A DNA stretch of 64,000 bases, from contig JBOIEQ010000003.1 in the NCBI GenBank assembly GCA_050741255.1, positions 2,213 to 66,212 on the forward strand, written 5' to 3'. Below the pieces are notes generated by a model that saw nothing but the letters and a program-made list of their open reading frames with translations, searched no databases and had not been told where the DNA came from. Within the stretch, counting starts at the first letter, position 1. Each line of letters starts with the position of its first letter. A program made the position numbers and the translations under genes. This document shows, piece by piece, positions 47,842 through 56,856 of the stretch. This DNA comes from Burkholderiales bacterium. GTDB lineage: Bacteria; Pseudomonadota; Gammaproteobacteria; Burkholderiales; SG8-41.

Positions 47842-48618
47842 ATGATGGCTGACATGAATCCGTACAAGGCGCCCGACGCGGCTGTGGCCGATGTCGCCAC
47901 CGGTCAGGGCGGGGACGCGGTGTCCGTGCCGGCGGGCAACGGCTGGCAGTGGATCGCCGACGCTTTTGCCCTGTTCAAGCAGCAGCCGGCGTTGTGGATC
48001 GGCGTGACGATCGTCTTTTTCCTCATGTTGATCGTCTTGCAGATCATCCCCGTCATCGGCGCGCTGGGCGCCTATCTGCTCGCACCGGTGCTCGCCGGCG
48101 GCCTCATGCTCGGCTGCCGCGCGCAGGAGCGCGGGGAAGGCCTCACCTTCAATCATCTCTTCGCCGGCTTCAGCACCAACACGAGCAACCTGGTGGTGGT
48201 CGGCGTGCTCATGCTGGTGGCCATTGTCATCGCGGTGGCCATCGTGTTGATCATCTTCGGGGCCGGGATGCTTGCCCTGTTCATGGGCGGCGGCTCAAAA
48301 GCAGTGACGGGGGGGAGTATCTCCATCATGACCGTGATGCTGGCGGCGCTCGTGATGGTCGGCCTGTCGGTGCCGATCTACATGGCGGTCTGGTTCGCGC
48401 CTGCGCTGGTGGTGTTCCGCGGCCTGTCGGCGGTCGAGGCGATGAAGGCGAGCTTCGGCGCCTGCCTGAAGAACATCGTGCCCTTCATCGTCTACAGCGT
48501 CGTGGTCTTCGTACTCGGCATCATCGCCACCATTCCGGTGGGCCTGGGCTGGTTCGTGCTGGGCCCGATACTGGTGATCGCGGTGTACACCACCTACAAG
48601 GACATTTTCCAGGAGTAA
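47842..48618 (+). CDS. Polytopic membrane protein of unknown function (BPSS1780-like architecture, tentative)
   Basis: ATG at 47842 after GGGGAG. N-terminus MMADMNPYKAPDAAV, then about 5 hydrophobic segments. Confidence 0.6.
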   Translation: MMADMNPYKAPDAAVADVATGQGGDAVSVPAGNGWQWIADAFALFKQQPALWIGVTIVFFLMLIVLQIIPVIGALGAYLLAPVLAGGLMLGCRAQERGEGLTFNHLFAGFSTNTSNLVVVGVLMLVAIVIAVAIVLIIFGAGMLALFMGGGSKAVTGGSISIMTVMLAALVMVGLSVPIYMAVWFAPALVVFRGLSAVEAMKASFGACLKNIVPFIVYSVVVFVLGIIATIPVGLGWFVLGPILVIAVYTTYKDIFQE

Positions 48619-48638
48619 CGCCGCCTGTTCCGGCGGCC

Positions 48639-49331
48639 ATGATGCTCGACACGCTCCGTTCGGTCGCCACCCCTGAAGGCATCGAGCTCGAACTGCGGCT
48701 CGCCGGTCCGGCCGCGCGGGCGGTGGCGTGGCTGGTGGACCTGCTGGTTCGCGTCGCGCTCTACCTCTCCGCAACGGTGGTGCTCGCGCCGCTCGCGGGG
48801 ATGGGGTCCGGGCTCGCCCTGATCCTGGTTTTTGCACTGGAATGGCTGTACCCGGCAGTGTTCGAGGCTGTGTGGAACGGCCAGACGCCCGGCAAGCGCG
48901 TGATGAAGATCGCCGTGCTGCGCAACGACGGCACGCCGATCGGCTGGCACGAGGCGCTGGTGCGCAACCTGCTGCGCGCGATCGATTTCCTGCCGTTCTG
49001 CTACGGCATCGGCCTCACGGCCATGCTGATCAACCGCGATTTCAAGCGCCTGGGCGATCTGGTTGCCGGCACCGTGGTCGTGTATCGCGATCACGAACGC
49101 CTGCAGGCGATGATCCCCGTCGCGCCGCCACAGGCGCCGCGCGTGCCGCTCGCGCTCGCCGAGCAGCGCGCGGTGCTCGCCTTCGCCGGCCGCGTTCCCG
49201 TGCTCACGCCCGAGCGCGCTGCCGAGTTGGCGGAAATCCCGGTGCGGCTGACCGGCCAGGCGCAGGGCCCGGCCGCGGTCGAACGCCTGCTGCGGATCGC
49301 GAACTTCCTGATCGGCAGGTCCGCGCCTTGA
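48639..49331 (+). CDS. RDD-family membrane protein
   Basis: Internal ATG of out-of-register track ORF 47949..49331. RAVAWLVDLLVR; GQTPGKRVMKIAVL; RDFKRLGDLVAGTVVVY. Confidence 0.75.
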   Translation: MMLDTLRSVATPEGIELELRLAGPAARAVAWLVDLLVRVALYLSATVVLAPLAGMGSGLALILVFALEWLYPAVFEAVWNGQTPGKRVMKIAVLRNDGTPIGWHEALVRNLLRAIDFLPFCYGIGLTAMLINRDFKRLGDLVAGTVVVYRDHERLQAMIPVAPPQAPRVPLALAEQRAVLAFAGRVPVLTPERAAELAEIPVRLTGQAQGPAAVERLLRIANFLIGRSAP

Positions 49332-50314
49332 AGCAGGAGGAATTCGAACGCGCGCATGCGCCGCTGTGGCGCGCGTTCGAGGCGTGGCTGGCGCGCGACG
49401 CGCTCGGGTCCGGCGCGGGCCCCGCGCCGCCGGATGCGCTGGCCGACGGCGCGGTGCCGCAGCGTTACCGGGTGCTCTGCCAGCACCTGGCGCTCGCCCG
49501 CGACCGCGGCTACAGCGCCGATCTTGTCGAGCGGTTGAACCAGCTCGCGCTGCGCGGCCATCGCCTGCTCTACGGCACGCGCGTGGAAGCGGGCAACCGC
49601 GTCCTCGACTTCATCACCGACGGCTTTCCGCGCGCGGTGCGCGCGGAGCGCCGCTTCGCCGCCGCCGCCGCGCTGCTCCTGTTCGGGCCTTTCCTGCTGC
49701 TGATCGTGGCGCTGGGCCCGTATCCGGACCTCGTGTACTACTTCATCCCGCCGGCCGAGGTCGCGAAGTACGAGGAGATGTACAGCCCGACCGCCGAGCA
49801 TCTCGGCCGCACGCGTTCGGCCGATTCCGCGTTCTACATGTTCGGCATCTACATCTGGAACAACGTGCGGATCGGCTTCCAGACATTCGCCGGCGGCCTC
49901 GTGTTCGGTCTCGGCGCCGTGCTCGCGCTGGTCTTCAACGGCATCGCGCTCGGCGCGGTGGCGGGTCATCTCACGCATGCGGGCTACGCGCTGACGTTCT
50001 GGACCTTCGTCTCCGGCCACAGTGCGTTCGAGCTGACGGCAATCGCGCTGTCGGGCGCGGGGGGGCTGCGCCTGGGCGCTGCACTGGTCGCGCCGGGGCG
50101 GCTCTCGCGCAAGGCGGCGCTGGTCGCGGCCGCGCACCGTGCGGGCCCGGTCGTCTACGGCGCCGCGGGCATGCTGGTGCTCGCCGCGGTGATCGAGGCG
50201 TTCTGGTCCTCGGTGACCACGCTGGCCCCGCAGCTCAAGTGGGGCGTCGGCGCCGTACTGTGGGTGCTGACGCTCGCCTACTTCACGTTCACGGGGCGCC
50301 GCCGTGGATCTTGA
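49328..50314 (+). CDS. SpoIIM-like (DUF95) membrane protein
   Basis: TTG start overlapping the RDD stop (TTGA), in frame with track ORF 48728..50314. IWNNVRIGFQTFAGGLVFGLGAVLALVFNGIALGAV...GHSAFELTAIALSGAGGLRLG. Confidence 0.6.
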   Translation: MKQEEFERAHAPLWRAFEAWLARDALGSGAGPAPPDALADGAVPQRYRVLCQHLALARDRGYSADLVERLNQLALRGHRLLYGTRVEAGNRVLDFITDGFPRAVRAERRFAAAAALLLFGPFLLLIVALGPYPDLVYYFIPPAEVAKYEEMYSPTAEHLGRTRSADSAFYMFGIYIWNNVRIGFQTFAGGLVFGLGAVLALVFNGIALGAVAGHLTHAGYALTFWTFVSGHSAFELTAIALSGAGGLRLGAALVAPGRLSRKAALVAAAHRAGPVVYGAAGMLVLAAVIEAFWSSVTTLAPQLKWGVGAVLWVLTLAYFTFTGRRRGS

Positions 50315-51833
50315 GCGCCTCGCCCTGCAACTGCGCCCGCGCAATCCGTGGGAGGCGATGGACCTCGGCGCAGCGATGCTGCGAGAATGGTGGCAGCCGG
50401 TCTACGGCGCGTGGTTCGCGGTGTACGGGCCGGCCGTCGTGCTGCTGCACCTCGTCTTCACCGCGCATCCCGCGCTCGCGCTGCTCGCGCTGTGGTGGCT
50501 GAAGCCCGCGTTCGACCGCATCGTGCTGCACGTGGCCGCCGGCAGCGTGTTCGGCGCGTCGCCCGCCGTGCGCGACACCGTGCGCGGCTACTTCCGCTAC
50601 GCCGGCCGCGGGCTGTTCGCGTCGCTGACCTACTACCGCTTCGATCTCGCGCGGTCGTTCAATCTGCCGGTGTGGCAACTGGAGGGGCTGCGCGGCGCGC
50701 CCGCGCGCAAGCGCGCGCAGGCGCTGCACAGGCGCGCCCGCGGACACGCCGTGTGGCTGACGCTGATTTGCGCGAATTTCGAGCTGGTGCTGTTCTTCTC
50801 TCTCATCGGCCTGCTGGCGATGGTGACGCCGGCGCACGCCGGCGAGCAGTGGGGCTGGGCGGCCTTCTTCCTCGGCCGGGACGATCTGCCGCTGTGGCGC
50901 GTCATCGTCGAACACGCGTGTTACCTGCTGGCCGTGTCCATCGTGGAGCCTCTCTACGTGACCGCCGGTTTCGCGTTGTATCTCAACCGGCGCACGCAAC
51001 TGGAGGCCTGGGACGTGGAGCTGCAGTTGCGCCGGCTGGAGGCGGCCCCCGGACGGTCCGCGCCGCTGCGCCAGGCGGCGGCGGTGGCGGTGCTCGCACT
51101 CGTCCTCGGCTGGAGCGCGACGCCGTGGCCCGTGTTCGCCGCAGAACCGCCCCCGGCGACGCCGGCCGGCGAGGCGGCGCGCGAGGTGCTCAAGGACCCC
51201 GCGTTCGAACAATGGAAAGACAACACGGGCTGGCGCTACGTCGGGCCGGGTCTCGGCGGCGAGGAATCCAGGCGGGAGCCGCGCAAGTCTGCCGACACCG
51301 ACTGGAGCGGCCTGATCAATGGCATCGCCGAGCTGCTCCGCCTCCTGGCGTGGGCCGCCGGCGCCGCCGCCATTGCGTGGCTGCTGTGGATCGTCGCGCG
51401 CTATGCGGGGCTCGCCCGCGGCGGCTGGCGGGAGGGTTACCGGCCGCCGGATGCGCTGTTCGGGCTCGACCTGCGGCCCGAGTCGCTGCCCGATGACGTG
51501 CCCGGCACGGCCGCGGCGCTGATGCGCGAGGGCCGGCTGCGCGAGGCGCTCGCGCTGCTCTACCGCGGGGCACTGGTGAAGCTCGTGCACGTGCGTCACG
51601 TGGAGATCGCCGCCGCCGATACCGAAGGCGATTGCGTGCGCCGCGTGAGCGCCGCCACCCCGGGCGCCACCGCGCAGTACTTCGCGCGGCTGGTGGGCGT
51701 GTGGCAGGGCGCGGCCTATGCGAACCGCCTGCCGCCGCCCGCCGATGCCGAGGCGCTCGCGCGCGAGTGGGCGGCGGCCTTCGCGCCCGAGACCGCGCCC
51801 GGTACGGCCACGCCGAACGGCCCGTCCGCATGA
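50304..51833 (+). CDS. Polytopic membrane protein with DUF4129-like C-terminal domain
   Basis: GTG start overlapping the upstream gene by 11 nt. Several TM segments, then a soluble tail ...GRLREALALLYRGALVKLVHVRHVEIAAADTEGDC.... Confidence 0.55.
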   Translation: MDLERLALQLRPRNPWEAMDLGAAMLREWWQPVYGAWFAVYGPAVVLLHLVFTAHPALALLALWWLKPAFDRIVLHVAAGSVFGASPAVRDTVRGYFRYAGRGLFASLTYYRFDLARSFNLPVWQLEGLRGAPARKRAQALHRRARGHAVWLTLICANFELVLFFSLIGLLAMVTPAHAGEQWGWAAFFLGRDDLPLWRVIVEHACYLLAVSIVEPLYVTAGFALYLNRRTQLEAWDVELQLRRLEAAPGRSAPLRQAAAVAVLALVLGWSATPWPVFAAEPPPATPAGEAAREVLKDPAFEQWKDNTGWRYVGPGLGGEESRREPRKSADTDWSGLINGIAELLRLLAWAAGAAAIAWLLWIVARYAGLARGGWREGYRPPDALFGLDLRPESLPDDVPGTAAALMREGRLREALALLYRGALVKLVHVRHVEIAAADTEGDCVRRVSAATPGATAQYFARLVGVWQGAAYANRLPPPADAEALAREWAAAFAPETAPGTATPNGPSA

Positions 51834-52957
51834 CCCGGAACCGCCTCATTTCGGCCGTGCTGTGCGTGCTCCTCGCGTGGGCCGCGTACTGGTTCGCCAC
51901 GCGTTTCGCGCGCGTGACCGAGCGCGAGCATGTGGGATTCCAGGGCGAGGCGCTCGAGGATCCGCTGCTCGCGGCGGGCCGGGTCGCGCGCAAGCTGGGA
52001 CTGCCCGCGCAGCGGTTGGCCAGCACCGCCCAGCTGCAGTCCGTGCCCGCCGACGCCGTGCTGGTGCTGGCGGACCGTCGCGCCATGACGCCGCAATTCG
52101 CGGAACGGCTGCTCGCGTGGGTGGAGCGCGGCGGCCATCTCGTCACGGTCGGCATACCCGGGGACGACGACGATCCGCTGCTCGATGCGCTCGGCATCCG
52201 CCGCGAGTGGGCCAAGGGCAACCTGCAGACGCTTTACGAACTGCAACTGGCGAAGGGCGAACGGCCGCTGCGGATGCAGTTGCGGGAGCGTACGACCCGC
52301 ATGCGGTTTTCGGAAAAGGACCCGCGCGCCGTGTTCACGGTGGTCGACAGGGCCGGCATGGCGTGGCTGCTGCATACCCGGGTGGGCGGTGGCGCGGTGA
52401 CGCTGCTGCCGGGACTGGGCTTCGCCACCAACGGCGAACTCGGCAATTTCGACCACGCCGAGGCGTTCTGGCAGCTCGTCAACCTCCAGTCCGGCCGCCG
52501 CGCGCTGTGGACGGCCACGCGCCTCGAAACACCGTCGCTCACGCGCTGGATCGGCGAACACGCGCTTGGCGCGGCCGGCGTCGCGCTGGTGCTGCTGCTG
52601 TTCTGGCTGTGGCGCGTGGTGCCGCGCTTCGGGCCGGTCGCGCCGGACCCGATGCCCGCACGGCGGCGCCTGCTCGACCACCTGCGCGCGGCCGGACGGT
52701 TTCACTGGCGGCGCGAAGGCTCGCCCGGACTCCTGCATGCCGCGCGCGAAGCCAGTCTGCGGCGACTCGCCCGCGTGCATCCTGATCTCGCCGCATTGAC
52801 ACCCACCGACCGCGCGCGCGAAGCGGCGGCGCGTACCGGGTTGTCGGCGGACGCCGCGCGCATCGCCTACGAGCTCCCCGCGGTGGACACCCGCGAATTC
52901 ACCGCGGCGGTGAGCGCGTTGCAGACCTTCGAGGAACGGCTGAATCGCCGCGCGTAG
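51830..52957 (+). CDS. DUF4350-like membrane-anchored protein
   Basis: ATGA overlap with the upstream stop. N-terminal anchor LISAVLCVLLAWAAYWFA; VLVLADRRAMTPQFAERLLAWVERGGHLVTVG; second TM ALGAAGVALVLLLFWLW. Confidence 0.55.
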   Translation: MTRNRLISAVLCVLLAWAAYWFATRFARVTEREHVGFQGEALEDPLLAAGRVARKLGLPAQRLASTAQLQSVPADAVLVLADRRAMTPQFAERLLAWVERGGHLVTVGIPGDDDDPLLDALGIRREWAKGNLQTLYELQLAKGERPLRMQLRERTTRMRFSEKDPRAVFTVVDRAGMAWLLHTRVGGGAVTLLPGLGFATNGELGNFDHAEAFWQLVNLQSGRRALWTATRLETPSLTRWIGEHALGAAGVALVLLLFWLWRVVPRFGPVAPDPMPARRRLLDHLRAAGRFHWRREGSPGLLHAAREASLRRLARVHPDLAALTPTDRAREAAARTGLSADAARIAYELPAVDTREFTAAVSALQTFEERLNRRA

Positions 52958-52993
52958 CGGCTTATCCCTGTTGCAAACGATCCAGGAAGAACC

Positions 52994-53971
52994 ATGACGA
53001 CACCGACCGCAGAACAATTCCAGCAGGCCACCCGCGCGGCAACCGCCATGCGCACCGAGATTGCCAAGGCGCTGGTCGGCCAGGACGAGATCGTCGAGCA
53101 CACGCTGGCGGCACTGCTCGCCGCGGGCCACGTGCTGATCGAGGGCGTGCCCGGCCTCGGCAAGACGCTGCTCGTGCGGGCACTCGCGCGCACCTTTGAC
53201 GGCAAGTTCGCGCGCATCCAGTTCACGCCGGATCTTATGCCGGCCGACGTCACGGGCCACACGCTCTACGACCAGGCCGCGCACCAGTTCGTGACGCGGC
53301 GCGGGCCGGTGTTCACCAACCTGCTGCTCGCCGACGAGATCAACCGCGCGCCTGCCAAGACACAGGCCGCGCTGCTGGAGGTGATGCAGGAAGGGCAGGT
53401 CACGATCGAGGGCGAGTCCCAACTGCTCGAGCCGCCGTTCATGGTGCTCGCCACGCAGAACCCGATCGAGCACGAGGGCACCTACGCGCTGCCGGAAGCG
53501 CAGCTCGACCGCTTTTTGCTCAAGGTGAAGATTGTCTACCCGGATGCGCAGCAGGAAGCGGCGCTCGTGCGGCAGGTGACCACCGGCACCGTCGGCGAGA
53601 AACTCAACGTCGACGCGGTCGCCCCGCTGCTGAAGCCCGCGCAGGTGCTCGCGCTGCAACAGATCACCGCCGGCGTGCGGGTGGACGACGCGGTGCACGA
53701 CTACGCCGTGCGCATCGTGCGCGCGACGCGGACGTGGAACGGTGTCGCCTCCGGCGCGGGGCCGCGCGGCGGCATCGCGCTCGTACGTGCCGCCCGTGCG
53801 GTGGCGCTCCTCGGCGGCCGCGATTTCGTGACGCCGGACGACGTGAAGCGCATGGCGCTGCCGGCCCTGCGCCACCGGGTGACGCCCGCGCCGGAGCTGG
53901 AAATCGAGGGCCAGGACGCCGACGCGATCCTGGCGGCGCTGCTGGCGCGCGTCGAAGCGCCAAGAACGTGA
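52994..53971 (+). CDS. MoxR-family AAA+ ATPase
   Basis: 325 aa. Walker A GVPGLGKT; Walker B LLADEINRA; ATQNPIEHEGTYALPEAQLDRF. Confidence 0.92.
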   Translation: MTTPTAEQFQQATRAATAMRTEIAKALVGQDEIVEHTLAALLAAGHVLIEGVPGLGKTLLVRALARTFDGKFARIQFTPDLMPADVTGHTLYDQAAHQFVTRRGPVFTNLLLADEINRAPAKTQAALLEVMQEGQVTIEGESQLLEPPFMVLATQNPIEHEGTYALPEAQLDRFLLKVKIVYPDAQQEAALVRQVTTGTVGEKLNVDAVAPLLKPAQVLALQQITAGVRVDDAVHDYAVRIVRATRTWNGVASGAGPRGGIALVRAARAVALLGGRDFVTPDDVKRMALPALRHRVTPAPELEIEGQDADAILAALLARVEAPRT

Positions 53972-54073
53972 GGGGTGAGGAGAGAGGGGTGAGGGGAAAA
54001 GCTCACAAAGCTGGTTGGTGGGTGGAGAGGGTCAGTCGGTTTCTCCCCTCCCCCCTCACGCCTCACCCCTCAC
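53968..54073. repeat. Imperfect palindromic element with arms made of tandem GTGAGGG heptamers
   Basis: Left arm GTGAGGGGTGAGGAGAGAGGGGTGAGGGGAAAA (it begins inside the moxR stop codon). Right arm TTTCTCCCCTCCCCCCTCACGCCTCACCCCTCAC. G-rich loop of about 40 nt. Confidence 0.75.
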
Positions 54074-54080
54074 CGCAACA

Positions 54081-55388
54081 ATGCTGATCCCTTCCCGCCC
54101 CTTCCTCTGGATCCTCGCCGCGCTGCTGGCGGTTGGCATCGCCGCGGCGTTCGTGCCGGAGATCAAGCTCGCGTGGGCGTTCGCGGCGACGGTGCTGGCG
54201 GTCGGCGCGCTGGGCGACGGGCTCTACGCGGTGAGCGCCCCGCGCCTGTCCGCGCGACGCGTGGTGCCGGGCTCGCTGGCGCTGGGCGTCTGGCATCCGG
54301 TGCGGCTGCGGCTGGCGAACGGCGAGCGCAGGGCGCTGACGCTCGTGCTCTACGACCACCACCCGGCGCCCTTCGAGACGCGCGGACTGCCGCGCGCGGT
54401 GAGGCTGCCGGCCGGCGGCTGGTCGGAGATCGAATACGAGGTGCGGCCGGTCCAGCGCGGCGAGTTCCGCTTTGGCGCGGTGGAGGTGCGCGTGCGTTCG
54501 CCGCTCGCGCTGTGGGTGCGCGCCGCGGACACGGGCGAAGCGTCCCTGACGCGCGTGTATCCGAACTTCGCGGCGATCACGAAGTACGCGCTGCTTGCCA
54601 CCGACAACCGGCTCTCGCAGATCGGCATCCTGCAGCGCCGGCGGCGCGGCGAGGGACTCGACTTCCACCAGTTGCGCGAATGGCGCGAGGGCGACAGCCT
54701 GCGCTCGGTGGACTGGAAGGCGACCTCGCGCACGATGAAGCTGGTGTCGCGCGAGTACCAGGACGAGCGCGACCAGCAGATCGTGTTCCTGATTGACTGC
54801 GGTCGACGGCTCGCCGCGCAGGACGACGACCTGTCGCATTTCGACCACGTGCTCAACTCGGCGCTGCTGTTGTCCTACGTGGCGCTGCGGCAGGGCGACG
54901 CGGTGGGTTTCATGACTTTTGGCGGCGTCGAGCGCTTCATGGCGCCGCGCAAGTCGGCGGCCACGGTCAGCCTGATGCTAAACCAGCTCTACGACCTGCA
55001 GCCGACGCTGGCGTCGAGCGACTATACCGCCGCGGCGCTTGCGCTCACGCTGCGCGTGCGCAAGCGCGCGCTGGTGGTGGTGCTGTCGAACCTGCGCGAC
55101 GAGGATGACGACACGCTCGCGCCCGCGCTGGCGCTGCTGTCGCAGCGGCACCTGGTGATGTTCGCGAGTCTGCGCGAGCACCTGTTGACGCGGGCGCTGG
55201 ACGTGCGCGTGGACAGTTTCGACCGCGCGCTGACGCATGCTTCCGCGGCGCAGTACCTGCGGGCGCGCGAAGTGGCTTTCCGCCGGCTGGGCCAGCGCGG
55301 CGCGACCTGTCTCGACGTCGAACCGCAGCAACTGGCGGTGGCGCTGGTGAACCGCTACCAGGACCTGAAGCGGGCGGGGCGGTTGTAA
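54081..55388 (+). CDS. DUF58-domain protein (MoxR partner, vWA-like fold)
   Basis: ATG at 54081. Two N-terminal TM segments. DFHQLREWREGDSLRSVDWKATSR motif. Confidence 0.85.
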   Translation: MLIPSRPFLWILAALLAVGIAAAFVPEIKLAWAFAATVLAVGALGDGLYAVSAPRLSARRVVPGSLALGVWHPVRLRLANGERRALTLVLYDHHPAPFETRGLPRAVRLPAGGWSEIEYEVRPVQRGEFRFGAVEVRVRSPLALWVRAADTGEASLTRVYPNFAAITKYALLATDNRLSQIGILQRRRRGEGLDFHQLREWREGDSLRSVDWKATSRTMKLVSREYQDERDQQIVFLIDCGRRLAAQDDDLSHFDHVLNSALLLSYVALRQGDAVGFMTFGGVERFMAPRKSAATVSLMLNQLYDLQPTLASSDYTAAALALTLRVRKRALVVVLSNLRDEDDDTLAPALALLSQRHLVMFASLREHLLTRALDVRVDSFDRALTHASAAQYLRAREVAFRRLGQRGATCLDVEPQQLAVALVNRYQDLKRAGRL

Positions 55389-55398
55389 CTGCAACAAT

Positions 55399-55512
55399 GG
55401 AACCACAGAGGCACGGAGGCGCGGAGGAAACCGGGAACGAACAAATTCACAGGCCCCGATTAAATTTTCCGGTTTGTCGGCTTTTCTCCGTGCCTCCGTG
55501 CCTCTGTGGTTC
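55399..55512. repeat. Near-perfect 30-bp inverted repeat element with arms containing tandem GCRCGGAG units
   Basis: GGAACCACAGAGGCACGGAGGCGCGGAGGAAA ... TTTCTCCGTGCCTCCGTGCCTCTGTGGTTC. Central part of about 50 nt. Confidence 0.8.
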
Positions 55513-55535
55513 AATCGTTTTCAAGGAAAGCCACC

Positions 55536-56846
55536 ATGAGCTGCAGCCACCACTACTACCAGCAGGCCGGCCTCGGCGACGACGCCTTCACGCTCGACGC
55601 CTCCACCGTCACCTTCGGCGCCGGTTGCCTCAAGGAAGCGGGCGACCATGCGCGGGCGCTGGGCCTGAAGCGCGTCGCCCTGTTTACGGACAAGGGCGTG
55701 GTGAAGCTGGAACATTGCGCGGTGGTGCGCCGGTCGCTAGCCGGCGCCGGCATCGACGTGGCGGTGTACGATGAAGTGGCCGTGGAGCCGACCGACGTGT
55801 CCTTCCAGGCGGCGAGCCGGTTTGCGGCGGCGGGCAGGTTCGACGGCTTCGTCTCCGTCGGCGGCGGCTCCGTGATGGACACCTGCAAGGCCGCCAACGT
55901 CTACGCCACGCATCCCGCCGAGTTCCTCGCCTATATCAACGCGCCGGTCGGCCGCGGGGAGCCGGTGCCCGGCCCGCTGAAGCCGCACATCGCCTGCCCG
56001 ACGACGTCGGGCACCGGTTCGGAAGTCACCGGGATCGCGATCTTCGACTACCTGCCGATGCAGGCGAAGACCGGCATGGTCTCGCGTCGCATGAAGCCGA
56101 CGACCGCGCTGATCGATCCCGACGTCACGCGCACGCTGCCGGCGACGATCGTGGCCGCCACCGGTTTCGACGCCATGTCCCATGCGCTGGAAACACTGAC
56201 GGCGATTCCGTACGCGCGCCGTGCGAAAGCGCCGCAACCGAGCCGCCGGCCGGTGAGCCAGGGCGCCAATCCGTGGAGCGACGCCGTGGCGCACGAAGCG
56301 CTCGACCTCGTGGGGAAGTATTTCCTGCGCGCGGTACAGGACGCCAGCGACCTCGAGGCGCGCGCCGAGATGATGTACGCCGCGACACTGGCCGGCATCG
56401 CTTTCGGCAACGCGGGCTGCCACCTGCCACATGGCATGTCCTACGCCGTGTCCGGCCTGATCCGCGAATTCCGCGCGCCGGAGTACGCGCAGGACGGCCC
56501 CTTCATCCCGCACGGCATGTCGGTGATCCTCAACGCGCCGTCGGTCTACCGCTTCACCGCCGAGGCCTGTCCCGACCGGCACCTCGACGCCGCGCGCCGC
56601 CTCGGCGCGGACGCGAAGGGCGCGACGGAGGCCGATGCGGGCGAAGTGCTGGCGAAGCGCCTGATCGAATTCGTGCGCGCGGTGGGTTTTCCGAACGGCC
56701 TGTCCGCGGTGGGCTTTTCCGAGCGCGATCTCGATGCGCTGGTGCAGGGGGCGTTGCCGCAGGCGCGGGTGATCAACAACGCGCCGCGGGCAGTGGGGCC
56801 GGAAGAATTGCGGAAACTGTACGCCGGGGCGCTTGCGTACTGGTAA
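55536..56846 (+). CDS. Iron-containing alcohol dehydrogenase family protein (hydroxyacid-oxoacid transhydrogenase-like)
   Basis: ATG at 55536 after [20 protein letters not shown]; [11 protein letters not shown]; metal-site His residues ([14 protein letters not shown]). Confidence 0.8.
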   Translation: MSCSHHYYQQAGLGDDAFTLDASTVTFGAGCLKEAGDHARALGLKRVALFTDKGVVKLEHCAVVRRSLAGAGIDVAVYDEVAVEPTDVSFQAASRFAAAGRFDGFVSVGGGSVMDTCKAANVYATHPAEFLAYINAPVGRGEPVPGPLKPHIACPTTSGTGSEVTGIAIFDYLPMQAKTGMVSRRMKPTTALIDPDVTRTLPATIVAATGFDAMSHALETLTAIPYARRAKAPQPSRRPVSQGANPWSDAVAHEALDLVGKYFLRAVQDASDLEARAEMMYAATLAGIAFGNAGCHLPHGMSYAVSGLIREFRAPEYAQDGPFIPHGMSVILNAPSVYRFTAEACPDRHLDAARRLGADAKGATEADAGEVLAKRLIEFVRAVGFPNGLSAVGFSERDLDALVQGALPQARVINNAPRAVGPEELRKLYAGALAYW

Positions 56847-56856
56847 TTCCTGACGC

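Noticed and set aside
51716-53875. 719-aa minus-strand ORF, plus several 300-400-aa alternative-frame ORFs over 48.7-52.8 kb
   Set aside because: It is antisense to or out of frame with the MoxR and DUF4350-like genes. MoxR Walker motifs fix the true frame, and the others show no hydrophobic or TM periodicity.
53968-55512. Short tandem repeats (heptamers/octamers) as a CRISPR array, or the two palindromes as IS inverted repeats around a DUF58 cargo
   Set aside because: The repeat units are only 7-8 nt with no spacers, so this is not a CRISPR array. The two elements have different arm sequences, each is self-complementary, and no transposase is present, so this is not a composite transposon.
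54978-55514. 178-aa minus-strand ORF starting [11 protein letters not shown]
   Set aside because: Its start is generated by the palindromic repeat at 55399-55512, and the remainder is antisense to the DUF58 gene.
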